From Anthoceros angustus (lineage: Eukaryota; Plantae; Anthocerotophyta), in NCBI GenBank assembly GCA_010909165.1, contig MU008166.1, positions 744,001 through 808,000 on the forward strand: DNA of 64,000 bases, written 5' to 3'. The notes beneath the pieces were generated by a model, which saw nothing but the letters and a program-made list of their open reading frames with translations, ran no database searches and was not told where the DNA came from. The first letter of the stretch is position 1. Each line of letters begins with the position of its first letter. Below are positions 1 to 12,772 of this stretch, piece by piece. The position numbers and the translations under genes are program-made.

Positions 1-289
1 AAACGCCTTGAGACGTCTCCCTGACCGGTTTGCTTTCCTTTCACGCCCAAGTGACACAGTTTCGCCGAAACCAACCGTCGGCACGGGCGAAACCTCTTTC
101 TTTCTCTCGAATAATGTGTGGACATTGTAGTCTACATTCAGCATCTCATTTGAGACTCGAGAGGTGTTTAGGGTTCAAGGTTGGCACGGGAGCGGTTCCT
201 TCATCTCACCAAGCTCACCAAAATTACCAAAACGCACAGGATTAGTGGGTGGATCATTCCCCGCTCAGCCCCTGTTAACCAGATTGCAA

Positions 290-3200
290 TCATGCTCTTA
301 GCAGCTTGGAAAGACGGTGAACGATGAGAGGGCAGATTGGCACCAAGGCAGCAATAGAGCATGATGGCTTGAGCCAGTGTCAAGGCTCCTACTTTCTTGG
401 CAAGGCCAACAAGAGTGCGATCACGCTGGGACAGGGCCTTCACCTGGCAGTGCAGTGTAATGCCACATGCAGATGTTGTGATGTCAGATGTCTGCCAGGA
501 GCGGCAGGCTGGAGGCGCTGTGCATGCCCCAGTGGCTCACCTGATTTGCAAGAAACTGGAGCTGCGGCTGGGGCTGCGCTTGCTCGTCGGAACTCTTGCG
601 TGATTCCAGCTGCAGCAGATGAGCCCGGATCTGGTACCACGCTGCTCTGTGCTGGTCCAGCTGTTTCTTGATCTTCTCGCACTGCTGGTCCACCGCCTGC
701 AGGACTGAGGGACTCTGTTGTTGTTGCGGGTCCCTTGCGTCGGTTGCTTGGTTCGAATTGGCGTTCTCTGCCGAAAGGATTGCGACGCGCTCAGGCTGGC
801 GGTCATCCTCCGACTCGCGCATGCGCTGCCTGGCTCGTAATTCCTGTGCTTCCTCTTCTTTGCGGGAGAGGAGAGTCTCCAGCTCCTGCCGGTGCAGCTG
901 GTCGGCAACATGCTGGCTCATGAGCTTCGCCAGTTCTTGTTCCTTCAACCCTAGCGCTTCTTGCTGAAGCAGCTTCTCGTCCTCTTGCTCCTTCAACCTG
1001 GCCTGGAGATACGAGATCCTTTGCTGCAGGTCCTGGAACCCCGGCGACTCTAGTGATGGCCTGGGGCTGCGCAGGGCCAGCCTCTCCTCGTCTTTCTCCT
1101 TCACCATTTCCTGCAGGTCAGCGATCCTTTGTTGGAGATCCTGGTCGGTCGGGTCTTTCACGCCGCTTGCACCAAGAACTTCGTGCATTTTGAAAATACT
1201 TCCTCGCTCGATTGCGCCTCCATACAAGTAGATCACCTGTAGAGATCATTGTTTCAAGAGCAGGCTGTGGCCCTGGCCCAGCCAGCAAGTGCTAGTGCAG
1301 CCGCATTTGCGATTGCTACCAGCGTGGGATCTGCGATATACCTGTCTAATCAGTAGGTCAAGCTTGGCCTCTGCCGTTATCCTTCGATCCTCCTCATCCT
1401 GGAGTCTCCTCAGCAGAAGCTGCTCAGGGCCCTCCCCTGGGACTTGTACGAAGCCCGCACTCTCCGGTCTCTCCTCCGCATCATCCTCTACTTGCTCACG
1501 CCAAGAGGACCACTCGTCGATTTCCTTAGCCAGCTGCTCTTGGAGCTGAGCTCGCAGCGCCTCCTGCTGACGAGGGTCGACTTGCTCAAGCTCCTTGTTA
1601 CTGCCTCCCACCTCCTCCTGATCCCTTCTCCATTCGTCCACCTCCGTCAGCAGCTGTTGTTCAAGAGCCTTCCGTAGTGCCTTCTGTTGCTCCAAATCCT
1701 TCTGTAGCAACTGTATCTTCCGATCCTTCTCCAGGAGCATCTCCTCACGAGCTAGGGTTTCCTGAGCCCGCTCCTCATAGTAACCCAGATGCTCCTCCAG
1801 AGCTTGTCTCTCACCTTCGTACTTGAACACTGTAACTTTGTACTCTTCCAGCAGTGACTCGTAGGCCTCGATATCCCTTTGCTGCGTGCTCAGCCTTTCC
1901 TCCCCCTCCTCGTATGTTTTCTTTTGCTCAGCTAACTTCCTTTGGTCCTCTTCATGTTCAATCTTCAACTCTTGCAACTTGTCCAACATCTGGTTTTGGT
2001 CTTTCACCTCCTCTTCCAACCTCCTCCGCTCTAGCCCAAGAATCTCAACTTGCTCCTCTTGCTCTTGCAATTTTTTCTCGTGGGAGTCTCGGATGCTTTG
2101 GAGCTCTCGCAGTTTGACTTCATCAGCCTGACACACAGCTTTCAGCTGCTCTACGTAAGTTTCTAGCTCCTTTTGTTTCGCGGCCACACTCTGCTGATCT
2201 TCAGTAGTCGTTGCTAGCTGGCTCATCAACACCTGTAGCTCTTTCTGTTGCTCTTCAAGTTTCCTTTCATGGGCGTCACGGATATAACCCAGCTCTTCGA
2301 ACCGTCTTGCATCCGCCGCACTCCTTTCTTTCAAGACGCTGAGCTCCTCCGAAAGGGATCCCGCAACCCTCTGCTGCACTGCCAAGGAATATCTGCTTTT
2401 CTCGTCAGCGGCTACCAAGGCGGTCGTCATTGACTCGAGCTGTTTCTCCTGCTCTCGCAGCTTCGCTTCATCTGCATCAAGCAAGCCTTTGATGTCCTCC
2501 AGCTTCCTTTTGTCTTCCTCCTGGGCGGTCTTCAGTTCCTCGTGTGCTGCTTGTTGCATTTGAAGCCTTCTCTCGCTTGCGTCACGTTCGCTCTTCAACT
2601 CTTCCAGCTTTCTTTCGTTCTCAGCAAGTTTATGCTTCAGTTGTTCTGCGTAATTCTCAGCAGCTTGTTGTTGGGCTGCAAGGCTCTCTCGCCCCTGTGC
2701 TTCTGCAGCAGCTAACTTCTGGGTCAAGGAATCCAGCGCTTGTTGCTGCTTCAAAATTCGCTGTGCACTTTCATCAGCTAATGCCTTCAATTCTAACATT
2801 TTCCGACGATCTTCATCGTGCAAACTAGTGAGCTGTTGGTAAAGAGAAGTTTGCTCTTCCATTTTCCTTTGGTTGGCATCAAGTTCACGTCTGAACTGCT
2901 CGGTTCTTCTCTCCTCAGCTTCACGTGCCCTCCGCAGCTCATCCTGGTACGCGGAAATAGCCTTCTGCTCCTCGTCAAGCCTCCTGGCACTGTCCTCCTC
3001 AGCAATTTGTATTTTCTTTCTGAACAGGTCAATCTCGTTCTCTTGAGTTCTCATCTTCCTCTCATTTGTCTCACACAACACTCCATGCTCTTCTACTCTT
3101 TGTTGGCACGCAACTTGCAAGCTTTTCAAAGTTTTGATCTCTGCTGCTTGCTCCTGCAGCTTTTTCTCATGTTCATCCCGTTCATCCCTGAGCTGGTTTA

Positions 3201-4824
3201 ACAGCCCGACATCCACATCACGCTGGCTCGTCAGTTCCCGTTCATAAGCCCTCACCGCCTCGGTATGAGCTTGGCGGCTCAGCCCAGCTTCTTCCTCTGC
3301 TGCTGATAGTTTTCGTTTCAATATGTCCATATCTCCCAAGAGTTCCTCAATTTTGGCTTCGCTTGCATCTCGATTCCTCTTTAAGGCATCGTACTCTACC
3401 AGGCTTCTGTCCCGTAAGTCCGTCAAGTCCTGGACTTTCTGCTGCAACTCTTGCACTTTCTGTTCACGCGAAAGGTTGGCAAGTTCTTCAGACAATTTAT
3501 CTTCGAACCTTTTGGCATTTTCTTCTCTGATAATCCGCTGCTGTTCCTTGTATGCGTCAAGCAGCTGTTCTTGAGCCTCAAGAGTTTTCGCGACCTTGTT
3601 TTCAGCGACTTTTAGCTTGATGGATGTAGACTCCAGCTCTCCTTCCTTTCTACTGAGGTCTTTGCAGAGGCGGTGAAATGCTCTTTTCAGGTTCTCGAGT
3701 AGCCCTGAGCTTGACGCATACAATCCTCTTATTTCGTCAACAGTCTGTTGGTTCTCTACCAACCTCTTTTCATAGGCATCGTGCTCTCTCTTCGCCTCCT
3801 CTAGGTTTCTCTCGTCTTGCTCTCGCACGTTTTGCAGTTCTTGTCTACAGGCTTCAAAAGCTTGGCGTTGAGCTGCCAGATTTTTCTCGCTTTCTTGTTC
3901 CAGGGATGCTAGCTTGCGCTTGAGGGAATCAATCAACGCTTGCTGCTCTTGCACCTTCCTGTCCCTGGCATCAGTTTCTCCGAAGTTTAGAATGGCATGA
4001 AGTCCAACCTGGTCTCCGTTCCGCTCGCCGCTCCTGCGGTTTTGCAGGTCAGCAAGCTGTTTCTGCATCTCTCGCAACCTCTTCTCCTTTGCATCTCGTT
4101 CGGATTTCAGCTCTAGCAATTCTTGTACGTTTGCATCACGTTGCCTTTTCAACTCCCTGAGTTCGGTATTCTGCTGTTCTAAGATTTGACCGTATGCTTC
4201 AAACTCGCTGTCGAGTTCCCTCAGCTTTCTCTCATCCTGTGGGGTTTTGGCCCCTGCTTGCTCATCACCACTTCTCCTTGCATCCCCTAGCAATGGGTGC
4301 ACTGAATCTCCATCAGCTCCCCCCTTCATGCTTAGTCCCTGGTTTTGCATCCTTCCTTCTTGCATGAAATCGCGTCCTTCGCCAAGCGGGCCAGGCGGTT
4401 TCAACTCCGCAGGTTCTTTACACCAGCCACTCGTCAGCTCTCTATCACCGGGCCTTCGGACATCACCTGGTTGCTGTGCGATCTGCACTCGCACAAGGAG
4501 AAGGCCACACGCTCCACGACTTGAGAGCTCTCAACCCGAATTGGCTGACAACGCACAATTGCTCGCAATTGAATTGGGGAAGGGCTCTACCTGCTCCGGC
4601 AGTTCAGCATCGGGAATCTGCAAGCGTCGGGGGATCAAGCCAATCTGCTCGTCTTCTCCAAGCTCAGTGATGAGGTTCGTTTTCCTGACCCAGTCACGAA
4701 AATCCGTGAGTGCCCGTGCCGGGTCGCTTCTCTGCAGCGCGGCATTGTCCGGATTGCTCTCGATCCAGAGGCCGATAAACCGTTCACGCGCTTCAGTCCT
4801 CAGTCTTATCTCATCGTCCACCAT
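290..4824 (-). CDS. Large multi-exon coiled-coil protein (about 1,380 aa, E/Q/K/R/L-rich). Proposed exons: 4824-4591, 4482-1342, 1236-541, 443-393, 304-290. The 5' end and last intron are uncertain.
   Basis: ORFs 4531-4824, 1246-4494, 484-1236 and 201-443 are joined by phase-0 GT..AG introns (4590-4483, 1341-1237, 540-444, probably 392-305) that remove the in-frame stops. The protein is heptad-rich with a recurring RDAxExKLxEQ motif. Confidence 0.75.
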
Positions 4825-7149
4825 ACCTCAGGGTTCAATCGATGCTTGCGATGGCAGGATTCCAAGTGATGTGCGGACAGATCTAACTGCTGTTCCTGTT
4901 CAGGTGGCATTCTTGACGTCAGTTATTACACTCCTCCAGCAGTTTGGCGGCGTCCGCAGGGCGACCCTGCATCCACGCTGCCGAGGCCGGCGACAAGGAA
5001 GAGGCAGGAGAATCTCAACGGTTGCGCCTCTGCCTGGTGCTGTTGCGCGCCCTTCTCTTTGTTTTTGCCCATTTACTGGTTTGGCCAACAAATTCTTCAG
5101 GAGAACCTATGCAGTTGCTCCTTCCCTAGTGGAATTTGCTTGCTCGCGTGCCGGACTATGCACGTCCACTCTAATTCACACATTCCTCTGCAGGAGGCAA
5201 GGCTTCAAAGCTCTGCTGGACAGCTGACATTTCCTGCGTAGGAAACTGGTGATGTTTTTATGTCCCGTCTCTATGAATTCGAAAGGCTATGTTTTCCCTC
5301 TGTTCGGTTTCCTAGGAAGTAGGACTTACGGTGAAAGGGCACATTGGAATGACTGGATGGAAGAACACAGAAACTTGAGCTGATAATGCCCTTTTAGCTG
5401 AGTTCTTAGTTCATCTCTTGCTTGTAGACATTTCTGGTGCCAGCTGGGTTTTCACTGCTTGCTCTTGGGGTCTTAACGGCATGCTGATGTACCATTAGAT
5501 TTATGCCGGAGAATTCAGAGTTAGCGACGATAAGCTGAGTGTTGCGTCATGCCGATCAGTCTTTTCTCGGCTTCCTATGCAGTTGAAGCTATGGCAGATG
5601 CCAAAGCTTTTCAGATGATCAATACCAGGGGGGATCTTGATGCTGAAGGATTCGAAGTCTTATGTCAACCAAGTGGGATTGGCCAACTGTGGATTATCGT
5701 ATGCCGTAGTGGCGATTATTGGTGCTCAGAGTACCGGTCTGCTTCCTTTCATCCTCAGCGGTGAAAGGGGGGAGGTGTGTTTATTGAGGCAAATTTCTTC
5801 CTGGTAGGTGTTAGGGTTTCTGGAACTCAGCTGACAGCCTTTCATCTCACAGGATGACACTCTTTTCGATCGTGATTGTAGAGGCACTGATCCGACCCTG
5901 AGCCCATATTTGAAAAACTTTGACGGTGTTGACAAGATTAAATGTAACTTGTTAGCATCTGCTTGGATCTTTTGATACTGCAAGAATGAACTCAAATTCT
6001 CATTTCCAGGATTCTGTGATTTGGCAACCGATACTGCTATTTTTCAAGGTAGATGGGATACTTCCGAGCCACGTGAGATCACCGAGACTTCTTTCATAAT
6101 TGCAGGAGGATGAAGTGAAGAAATCCTTTGCTACTGCCAAGGTGATATTTGCTGGTCATTTGGATGGTAATATGATAGTTTGAGATTCTACCTTTTGTCC
6201 TGAATCATCTTTCTCTTCAGCTTCAACAGCTATTCGTATTCCATTCTCGTAGGAGCGCTTGCAAGAGTCACTGGTTGAGCCTACAGCATCTCTCTTAGAA
6301 TCTGCCTCCTCAACGCCTGGCCTTCTATGCGAAAGCTTCTTTCGCATGAGACTGAAGCAGGGAGATCAAAACTTTCGTCAGGTTTGGGTGAATTTGGATT
6401 GGATCGGAACAGGACTGCTAAGATGTTGGACAACTTCGGAAGATCCGTAATAGAAGAGAAAATGCAATTGGAAGCTGGGAGAGCTTTCTTAAGAATGAAA
6501 GGTGTAGCATACACAGTGTAGTTAATGCATGTTAAGTGATGTATTGGTTGATGCATGTTCGCTAATGCCGAGATGGACATCAAAAGCAACACTGTGAAAG
6601 CTCGGATTGCGGTAATATGACTTCTGAGCTTCTTGCTCACTTTGCTCTTCCTAGGCGAAGCATAGTTCTTTTTTTTGCGAAATTTCGCTAGGCGAGGCAT
6701 AGTGTATCTACAAGGCTGCTCTGCACCGGGTTCCACAAGATCCGTTTCCATGTTTCTGTTGTGACTGGGCAATGGGCATTGAAGAACGTGTCAGACTGCA
6801 TAGAGGGGGCGGCAGAGGAAAATGTATAGGGACGTAAGGGCTTCCTTGACAAGGTTCTAAGGCTAGGAACCGTCTCATCCTATGCAGGGTGCAGGTCTGG
6901 CCAAATGAGCTATATGGATGTCGGGAATGCTGAGCACCATTTCCACCTCATGGCAGCAGGCGACAGCCCCCTCCCACCCGGAGGCCGACATAGCATAAAA
7001 ATGGCTTCCTGAGAGTTGTCCTGTTTTCGGTGCGAGCGCTGGTGCGCACCATCTCTGGATTCTCATCCGCTCGGTCGGAAACCGGAACCCCGCAGGATCT
7101 TTTTTGTCTTGGCCATCTCTGTATTCTCATCCGCTCGGTCGGAAACCCG

Positions 7150-7414
7150 CAGGGACAACAAGGACAGCAGCACTGGACCGGGGCTGGAGTTGGTGGCCTC
7201 CGCCATCTTCAACGACGCCAGCGGCGTCGGCAACACCGTCAGCTACCGGGGCTACTCGCAGCTGTCGCTCCCAGTGCGGGAGCTCTCCATTTCCGGAGGG
7301 ACTGGCAAGTTCCGGCTGGCAAGAGGCTGGGCCGACACCTCCAGCGCCTCCGCAGTGAGATTCGCCACCAGCTTGCTCTTCGTCTCGCACGTCTTCTACC
7401 ACGACCCGCAGTGA
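7150..7414 (+). pseudogene. 5'-truncated dirigent-family protein fragment
   Basis: Translation ...GNTVSYRGYSQLSLPVRELSISGGTGKFRLARGWA... matches the C-terminal dirigent motif (RExxIxGGTGxFRxARG). No signal peptide or N-terminal half is present upstream. Confidence 0.75.
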
Positions 7415-7469
7415 ACGCCGTAATTCACCGTCTGCCGACCGTGGATACATATCGCCCTATGGTACAGCA

Positions 7470-7971
7470 TATTTGTTTGGATGCAGAGTGAGGAGTTAAA
7501 GATTTGGACACTCAAGACCTATAGGCTTCCCCCCCGGGCATTTGTCCAACCAATGCCATGACCATTCGTGACAATCGAACAGCACCAGTTTGTTCCAATG
7601 GTCCGCTGCATTCAAACGAAAGTAGATACACCCTTCAGCGCCCAGGATAGTAAAGCTTTTGGGCCGGAGGGGAAAGAAACACGTTCATCATCTTCTACTT
7701 GTTTCTGAAACTCCATTCCCATCAACTCTACATACTCGTCTGGCATTTGTGACAAGGAAAGCCATCACTGCATGGATGCCGCTGTTGTGAGACCTGAATT
7801 TATGTTGCAGTTCAGCTTGCGAGACATCGAAATCATCGGTGTCCTCTTCTTCGTCCGTGTCGGATTCTGCTTTTCATGTGAGATAACCCAGTACTGCGTT
7901 CATATACCCGCATATGACAACCACCAGAACCCTACCGCCACATCCAACCAGCGTCACGTTCGAAGTCTCAC
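7470..7971 (-). pseudogene. 3' part of an F-box/beta-propeller (kelch-like) gene, separated from its 5' part by the Copia insertion
   Basis: Minus-strand fragments TLVGCGGRVLVV and GCIYFRL...LVLFDCHEWSWHWLDKCP resemble plant F-box-associated propeller motifs. The fragment abuts the Copia TSD and contains stops and frameshifts. Confidence 0.55.
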
Positions 7972-8137
7972 TATTGGAATGTGAGCAAAAGATGCTAGAT
8001 GTGATCAAGAGAGAGGGAACTGATGTAAAAGGAAAGATAAAGATATATGAGGTACATGTCACTTATATAGGAAACCATGCAGGGGTGTGACTCTTCATGT
8101 CAGGGCTTCCCCACATATTAGGATGTATATTCTAATA
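7972..8137 (-). repeat. Copia 3' LTR (166 bp, TATT...AATA termini)
   Basis: Direct repeat of 24918-25077, with the PPT on its inner side and the TSD on its outer side. Confidence 0.93.
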
Positions 8138-8146
8138 TTCCCCCTC
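8138..8146 (-). promoter_or_regulatory. Polypurine tract of the Copia element
   Basis: GAGGGGGAA immediately precedes the 3' LTR on the minus strand. Confidence 0.85.
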
Positions 8147-8149
8147 AGA

Positions 8150-9112
8150 CTAAGTATGGCGGGCAATGCCTATCTCATTTGGTGTTGCACCAACGCCAAG
8201 TAGTGAGGTGTATATCGTGTGCTTGTTGCGAGGGAGGCTCTTCACGATGTCCGCCTCCCATCCGCCTGCGGGTAGTACTCGAGATCTCCCCGCAGCACCG
8301 CTCGGACGTAGGGATACTGGAGATCAATGTGCTTCGATCTTGAGCTGAACTTGGGATTACCAGCGAGAGCAAGAGCCGACTGGTTGTCTATCTTGATGGT
8401 GATCGGCTTCTGCTGGGTCATCCCTAGTTCGTCGAGCAGCCGTACACGATCCACAACGCGCTTGGTAGCCAGATTGGCTGCCATGTACTTGGATTTCGTC
8501 GAGGATAGTGCTATGGCTGTCTGTCTCTTGGATCCCCAGTCGATCGCTGCGTTGCATAGCATCAAGGCGAACCCTGATGTTGATTTCTTGCTGTCCACGT
8601 CTCCTCCCCAATCGGCATCAATGTAAGCCGATAGCCTAGGGGCAGAGCCGGAGTCGGGGTTGCCAGAATACAAGAGGCCATAGGTACTGGTACCCTTGAG
8701 ATACCGCAGAGTATGCTTGAGGGCGGACCAGTGAGTGGGACCTGGGTTAGCCATTTGTTGCGCAAGCATGCGAACAGAATGACCAAGGTCAGGCCGCAAA
8801 GTGGTACAAATCCAGTTGATCCGGCCAACAGCTTCTTGATAGGGAACAGTTTCCATGTATTGCCGCTCCTCATCGGTCTTGGGTGCCTGATCAGCAGATA
8901 AGGGGGCACCAACAGCAAGCGGAGTAGAAGCAAGCTTGCAGTCAAGCATGATAAACCTAGCTAGAGTATTCTTGATATACTGAGTCTGGCTAAGATGTAA
9001 CCGACGATGTGCTCGATTACGAGTAACTTTTATCCCAATGCAATAATGAATATCACCTAAATCAGACATTTTAAACTTAGACTTAAGTAGAGAGATGGTT
9101 TTAGCTAGAAGA
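8150..9112 (-). pseudogene. Copia pol, 3' part of RT plus RNase H
   Basis: FKMSDLG..., PYQEAVG, TLRPDL, LRYLKGT, YIDADWGGD..KSTSG, WGSKRQ..IALSST, IDNQSA, SKHIDLQY. Frameshift near 8300. Confidence 0.93.
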
Positions 9113-9409
9113 CCAGCTTCGTTTACGAAGGGTTTCTCCGAAACCCCCTTTTTGCACACGGACGCCTGACCCCTTCGCACACGAGGAAATCCGCCTTTGG
9201 AATCGTTTTTGGTATTTCTCCCATGACATGTCACCGCAAACATTTCAATTGCGATACACGATATGTGACATTCTCGTGATCGAATTACGAGGAAAACCAT
9301 CCGAGACATTCACGATCAGCTTTTCCTTGGAGCCATGCTATTTGTGCACAAACTTGTGCCAGACTCATTTAAACAGCCCAACATTGACATCGGTCTATGT
9401 TTCTAGCTA

Positions 9410-12300
9410 GTTTGGCGAATGTTGTCTTTCCGTCCTCGGGGACGATGTCATCGTTCTTGCACCGCGGATCGTAAATAGCAAGAGGAAGATATGGCGTTTC
9501 TCCACCTTGGGACTCGCCAAACCCAAAGCGTCTCGGATGTTGGTTGTCCCAAGTAGGGTCGTCTTCGCCTTTCCCTTCGTGTTCTTAGGGTTATCCGGAC
9601 CTTTTTGCCATCTTTCTCCTTCTTCTTGGGCCCCCGTGATTGACTCAAGTCTTGAAGGTCGATGGGTGCGCATGTTCCTTGAACCAAGTGTAGCGTATGC
9701 CCTGGCTTAACTGATCTCCGCCGCCATCTCTTTGGCAAAACCGGATGTCCACGTTTGTGTGGTTTGGTGGTCAACTCTTCCTCGTCAGGAAACACTTCAT
9801 GGCACATGTCATTCGATGAATATTGTGCTCCTCTGTTCTTGGTCAAAGAATACGCCTCCCTTCCGAATGCCGCAAGTATTCCACTCCGCTTCGAGCATCC
9901 ATCTATAACCCATTCCCTCTTTACGTGAATAGGTCGTATAGCGGGACCATCAACCCTATTGGCTTTTGGTAAGGAGAAACAACATGGCCATCGTTGGACA
10001 CATTCAAAAGTTTCTTCACGGCTGCGCTATGTCGAATAAGCGGGCATTGCTCCAATCTTGCCGCACTATTGGACAATGCACTTCCTCATATCTTCAATAA
10101 ATGCAGAACACCATACTTCCATCCATGTACTCAGCTCTCGTAAAGTCCCTCGTCCGAGACCAAATTGTCTTTCTCCTGCACCATTGTATAAACCCCCTTT
10201 TCACACCATTTTCGCGGTGCATTTGGACATCCGCCTCCGGTCCATGCATGAATATCACGGAAAGTCTTGCATTCGGTGATTGTCATGAATCCATCCATTA
10301 TCTTCTCCATATCCTCACATGTCATCTCCTTATCCCATGTCTCCGATAAATTGCCCCTTGGTAAATCGGCGACCAACGACTTGTATTCTCTTTTCCCCAA
10401 GTAGGCAGCCATTTCACGAATATCACCGGTTATTACAGTAGCGGACCTTTGCTTGCTTTTGAACATGGAAAATGTCTAGTTTTGCGTCGTTGTCTTCCTC
10501 TGACTCTCTCGCAAATCTTCCACCCTCTCCAATTTCTTGCCGCATTGATGTGCTCTTTGAAGCTATCGGGTATCATCTTCTCTTTGTACTCTTACTGCTT
10601 GATTATGCACGGGATGGAGCGTTCATAGGTCGAACATGAAGGCAGTCGCAAACTAGTTTTGCGCACTTGCTAACTCGTCGACATGTGTACTTACAATGTG
10701 ATCAAACACCGGTTGAAATTTCGCTATATCTTACGGTGTTGAGTGCCTCGGATATTCTCGCTCAACTTCTGCAAATGAATTGCACCTCAGTCCAGAGCAA
10801 AATGCTGTCTGGATGACATTCAACTTCTTGGCCTTCGTTATCCACGTTTTCATGCCGCTCACGGTCAACTCGCCTTGAATCACTTTCTCCAACAGCAGAC
10901 GATAATCCTTTCACCGCTTCCCGAGGCATGCCAGAAAACTCTCCAATTGGTCGCATGCATTGGCTTTATCATCAAATTTGGATCCCGCTCGTATCCGGGC
11001 CCCACGTTTTGATTTCCCTCTTGCTGCCTTTCTTCCGGTTACCTTGCTGGAAGCTCACCCCTCTCCCAAAGATCGAAAACCTCGTCCACCCGTGTCCACA
11101 CATGAGGCGGGACACTAGCAATGCAGGCAGCGGTTTACGGTCGACAAGTGCATTTCTTCCCGATCGAGCGTCGCCGATGGCGCCTAGCATCCGATATAGA
11201 TTGTACTTCCAATCCATTGTAATGCTAATACCCTCTTTCGATTTTCATTTCATCGTGAATATCGGACTTGCTCAATGAAAGACATCCTCTCCGGAAATCC
11301 TTGACATTGTGATCGTGGCGGACACCGCATCTCTCAAGGTTAAGCTGCATATATATGAGCTTCCATATATCGAAGTGTGAGTTCTCCGGTCTTACAGACA
11401 GCGTTGGAACGCATGGTTCCCACCAATACTCCCATGGTGTCTGCTGCCTTTTCAACTTGTCTTTGTCAAAGACCTCACGCTTGCACTTGGATCGATCATA
11501 CATAGCAGAAGTACTCCCTCTTGCAGGTCCCTTTTAATTTCCGGAGAAGATGTTTTCCCCATGATTCATCCACTCTTGGATCCGGCCACGAGTAATGTAG
11601 TCTGCGCTTCAACTTGGTGATGGCAACCATATCCGTATGCGGAATGCACCTCTTTTTTGTGCTACCGACTCTCGAATTTGATGTAACCTTATGTCTCGCT
11701 CCACTCTGTCGTTGTCCGTCGCACTTTGGTGATGACGCGCCCGGTGTCTCGTCAATGTCATTACTCTTCCTCTTTTCCCGCTTTTGGTTTACCTTTCGTC
11801 CTTGCGGTGAAATCGAACATCCGCGTCTACCTCCTTGAGGTTGGTTGTACAGGCTCGCTCCTTCACGATTCTTTGACCCCACCGTCCAAACTTTGTAGAA
11901 GCTGCAGGCATCCAATGCATGGCGATTCTTGGGACATTTGAGCGTTTTGAGCCACCCTCGCTATGTATATCCTCTCTGTTGTCGTGTGCTTCAACTCGGT
12001 TGTCGATGCATCTCGTCGTCCTCAACATCTTCATTTGCGGTTTCATGCTCTTCATATTCGCACTACGTCATCCGAATATCTATACACCGCTGCAAGTACC
12101 TCTCTTTCTGTTCCATTGAATCGTCATGAATTTCCCATATTGAGCGATGATTGCTTTGGTCGTGCGAATCGCTTTCCTAGCCTCTCCATCGCTATCTCGG
12201 AGGATCGCTTTCCTAGCTTGTTCGCCATCTTCATCATCATCAACCCGAACTATTTCTTTTGGACAACGCCAAAGATAGTCCCGAATGCATCACAAAGACA
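9410..12300 (-). pseudogene. ParB-like + beta-class N6A/N4C DNA methyltransferase-like gene, copy 1 (frameshifted)
   Basis: In order on the minus strand: IGGNH (11427-11413); ITGDIREM...SLVADLPRGNLSETWD (DLPRG at 10367-10353, motif IV-like); SPYQKPIGLM (9974-9960); EWVIDGC.x.SG....GR (9912-9895, motif I-like). Gene boundaries are approximate. Confidence 0.7.
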
Positions 12301-12395
12301 ACCACGCCTCCATTAACGGATGCATCAACGAAACATCCAGCTCGGCCAGGTACACAAAGCGGGCACCGGCCCTCGCCCCGCCGACGGACGGGTCG

Positions 12396-12772
12396 CATGC
12401 GCGCGCAAGTGCGCGCGCAAGTGCGCGCAAGTGCGCGCACAAGTGCGCGCGCAAGTGCGCGCGCAAGTGCGCGCATGCGCGCGCAAGTGCGCGCATGCGC
12501 GCGCACAAGTGCGCGCACAAGTGCGCGCGCCTCCTCATGCGCGCGCAAGTGCGCGCATGCGCGCGCATGCGGGTGCGGATCGAGGAACCGAGCGGCGAGG
12601 ACCAGCAGCCGCGGGTTCGGATCGAGGAACCGAGCGGCGAGGACCAGCAGCGCTGTGCGCGCGCCTCCTCATGCGCGCGCAAGTGCGCGCACAAGTGCGC
12701 GCATGCGCGCGCGCATGCGCGCGCGCAAGTGCGCGCGCAAGTGCGCGCGCAAGTGCGCGCAAGTGCGCGCGC
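12396..12772. repeat. GC-rich palindromic low-complexity tract (GCGCGCACAAGT / GCGCGCAT units)
   Basis: Visible arrays of (GC)n joined by CAAGT or CAT. Confidence 0.9.

Noticed and set aside
4247-5227. 326-aa + strand ORF
   Set aside because: It lies antisense to the coiled-coil gene, has S/P-rich shadow composition and shows no recognisable domain.
5240-6772. Possible further gene or upstream exons on the minus strand (ORFs 6281-6772, 6156-6347)
   Set aside because: The sequence looks coding-like but is interrupted by stops, with no recognisable motif or consistent splice model.
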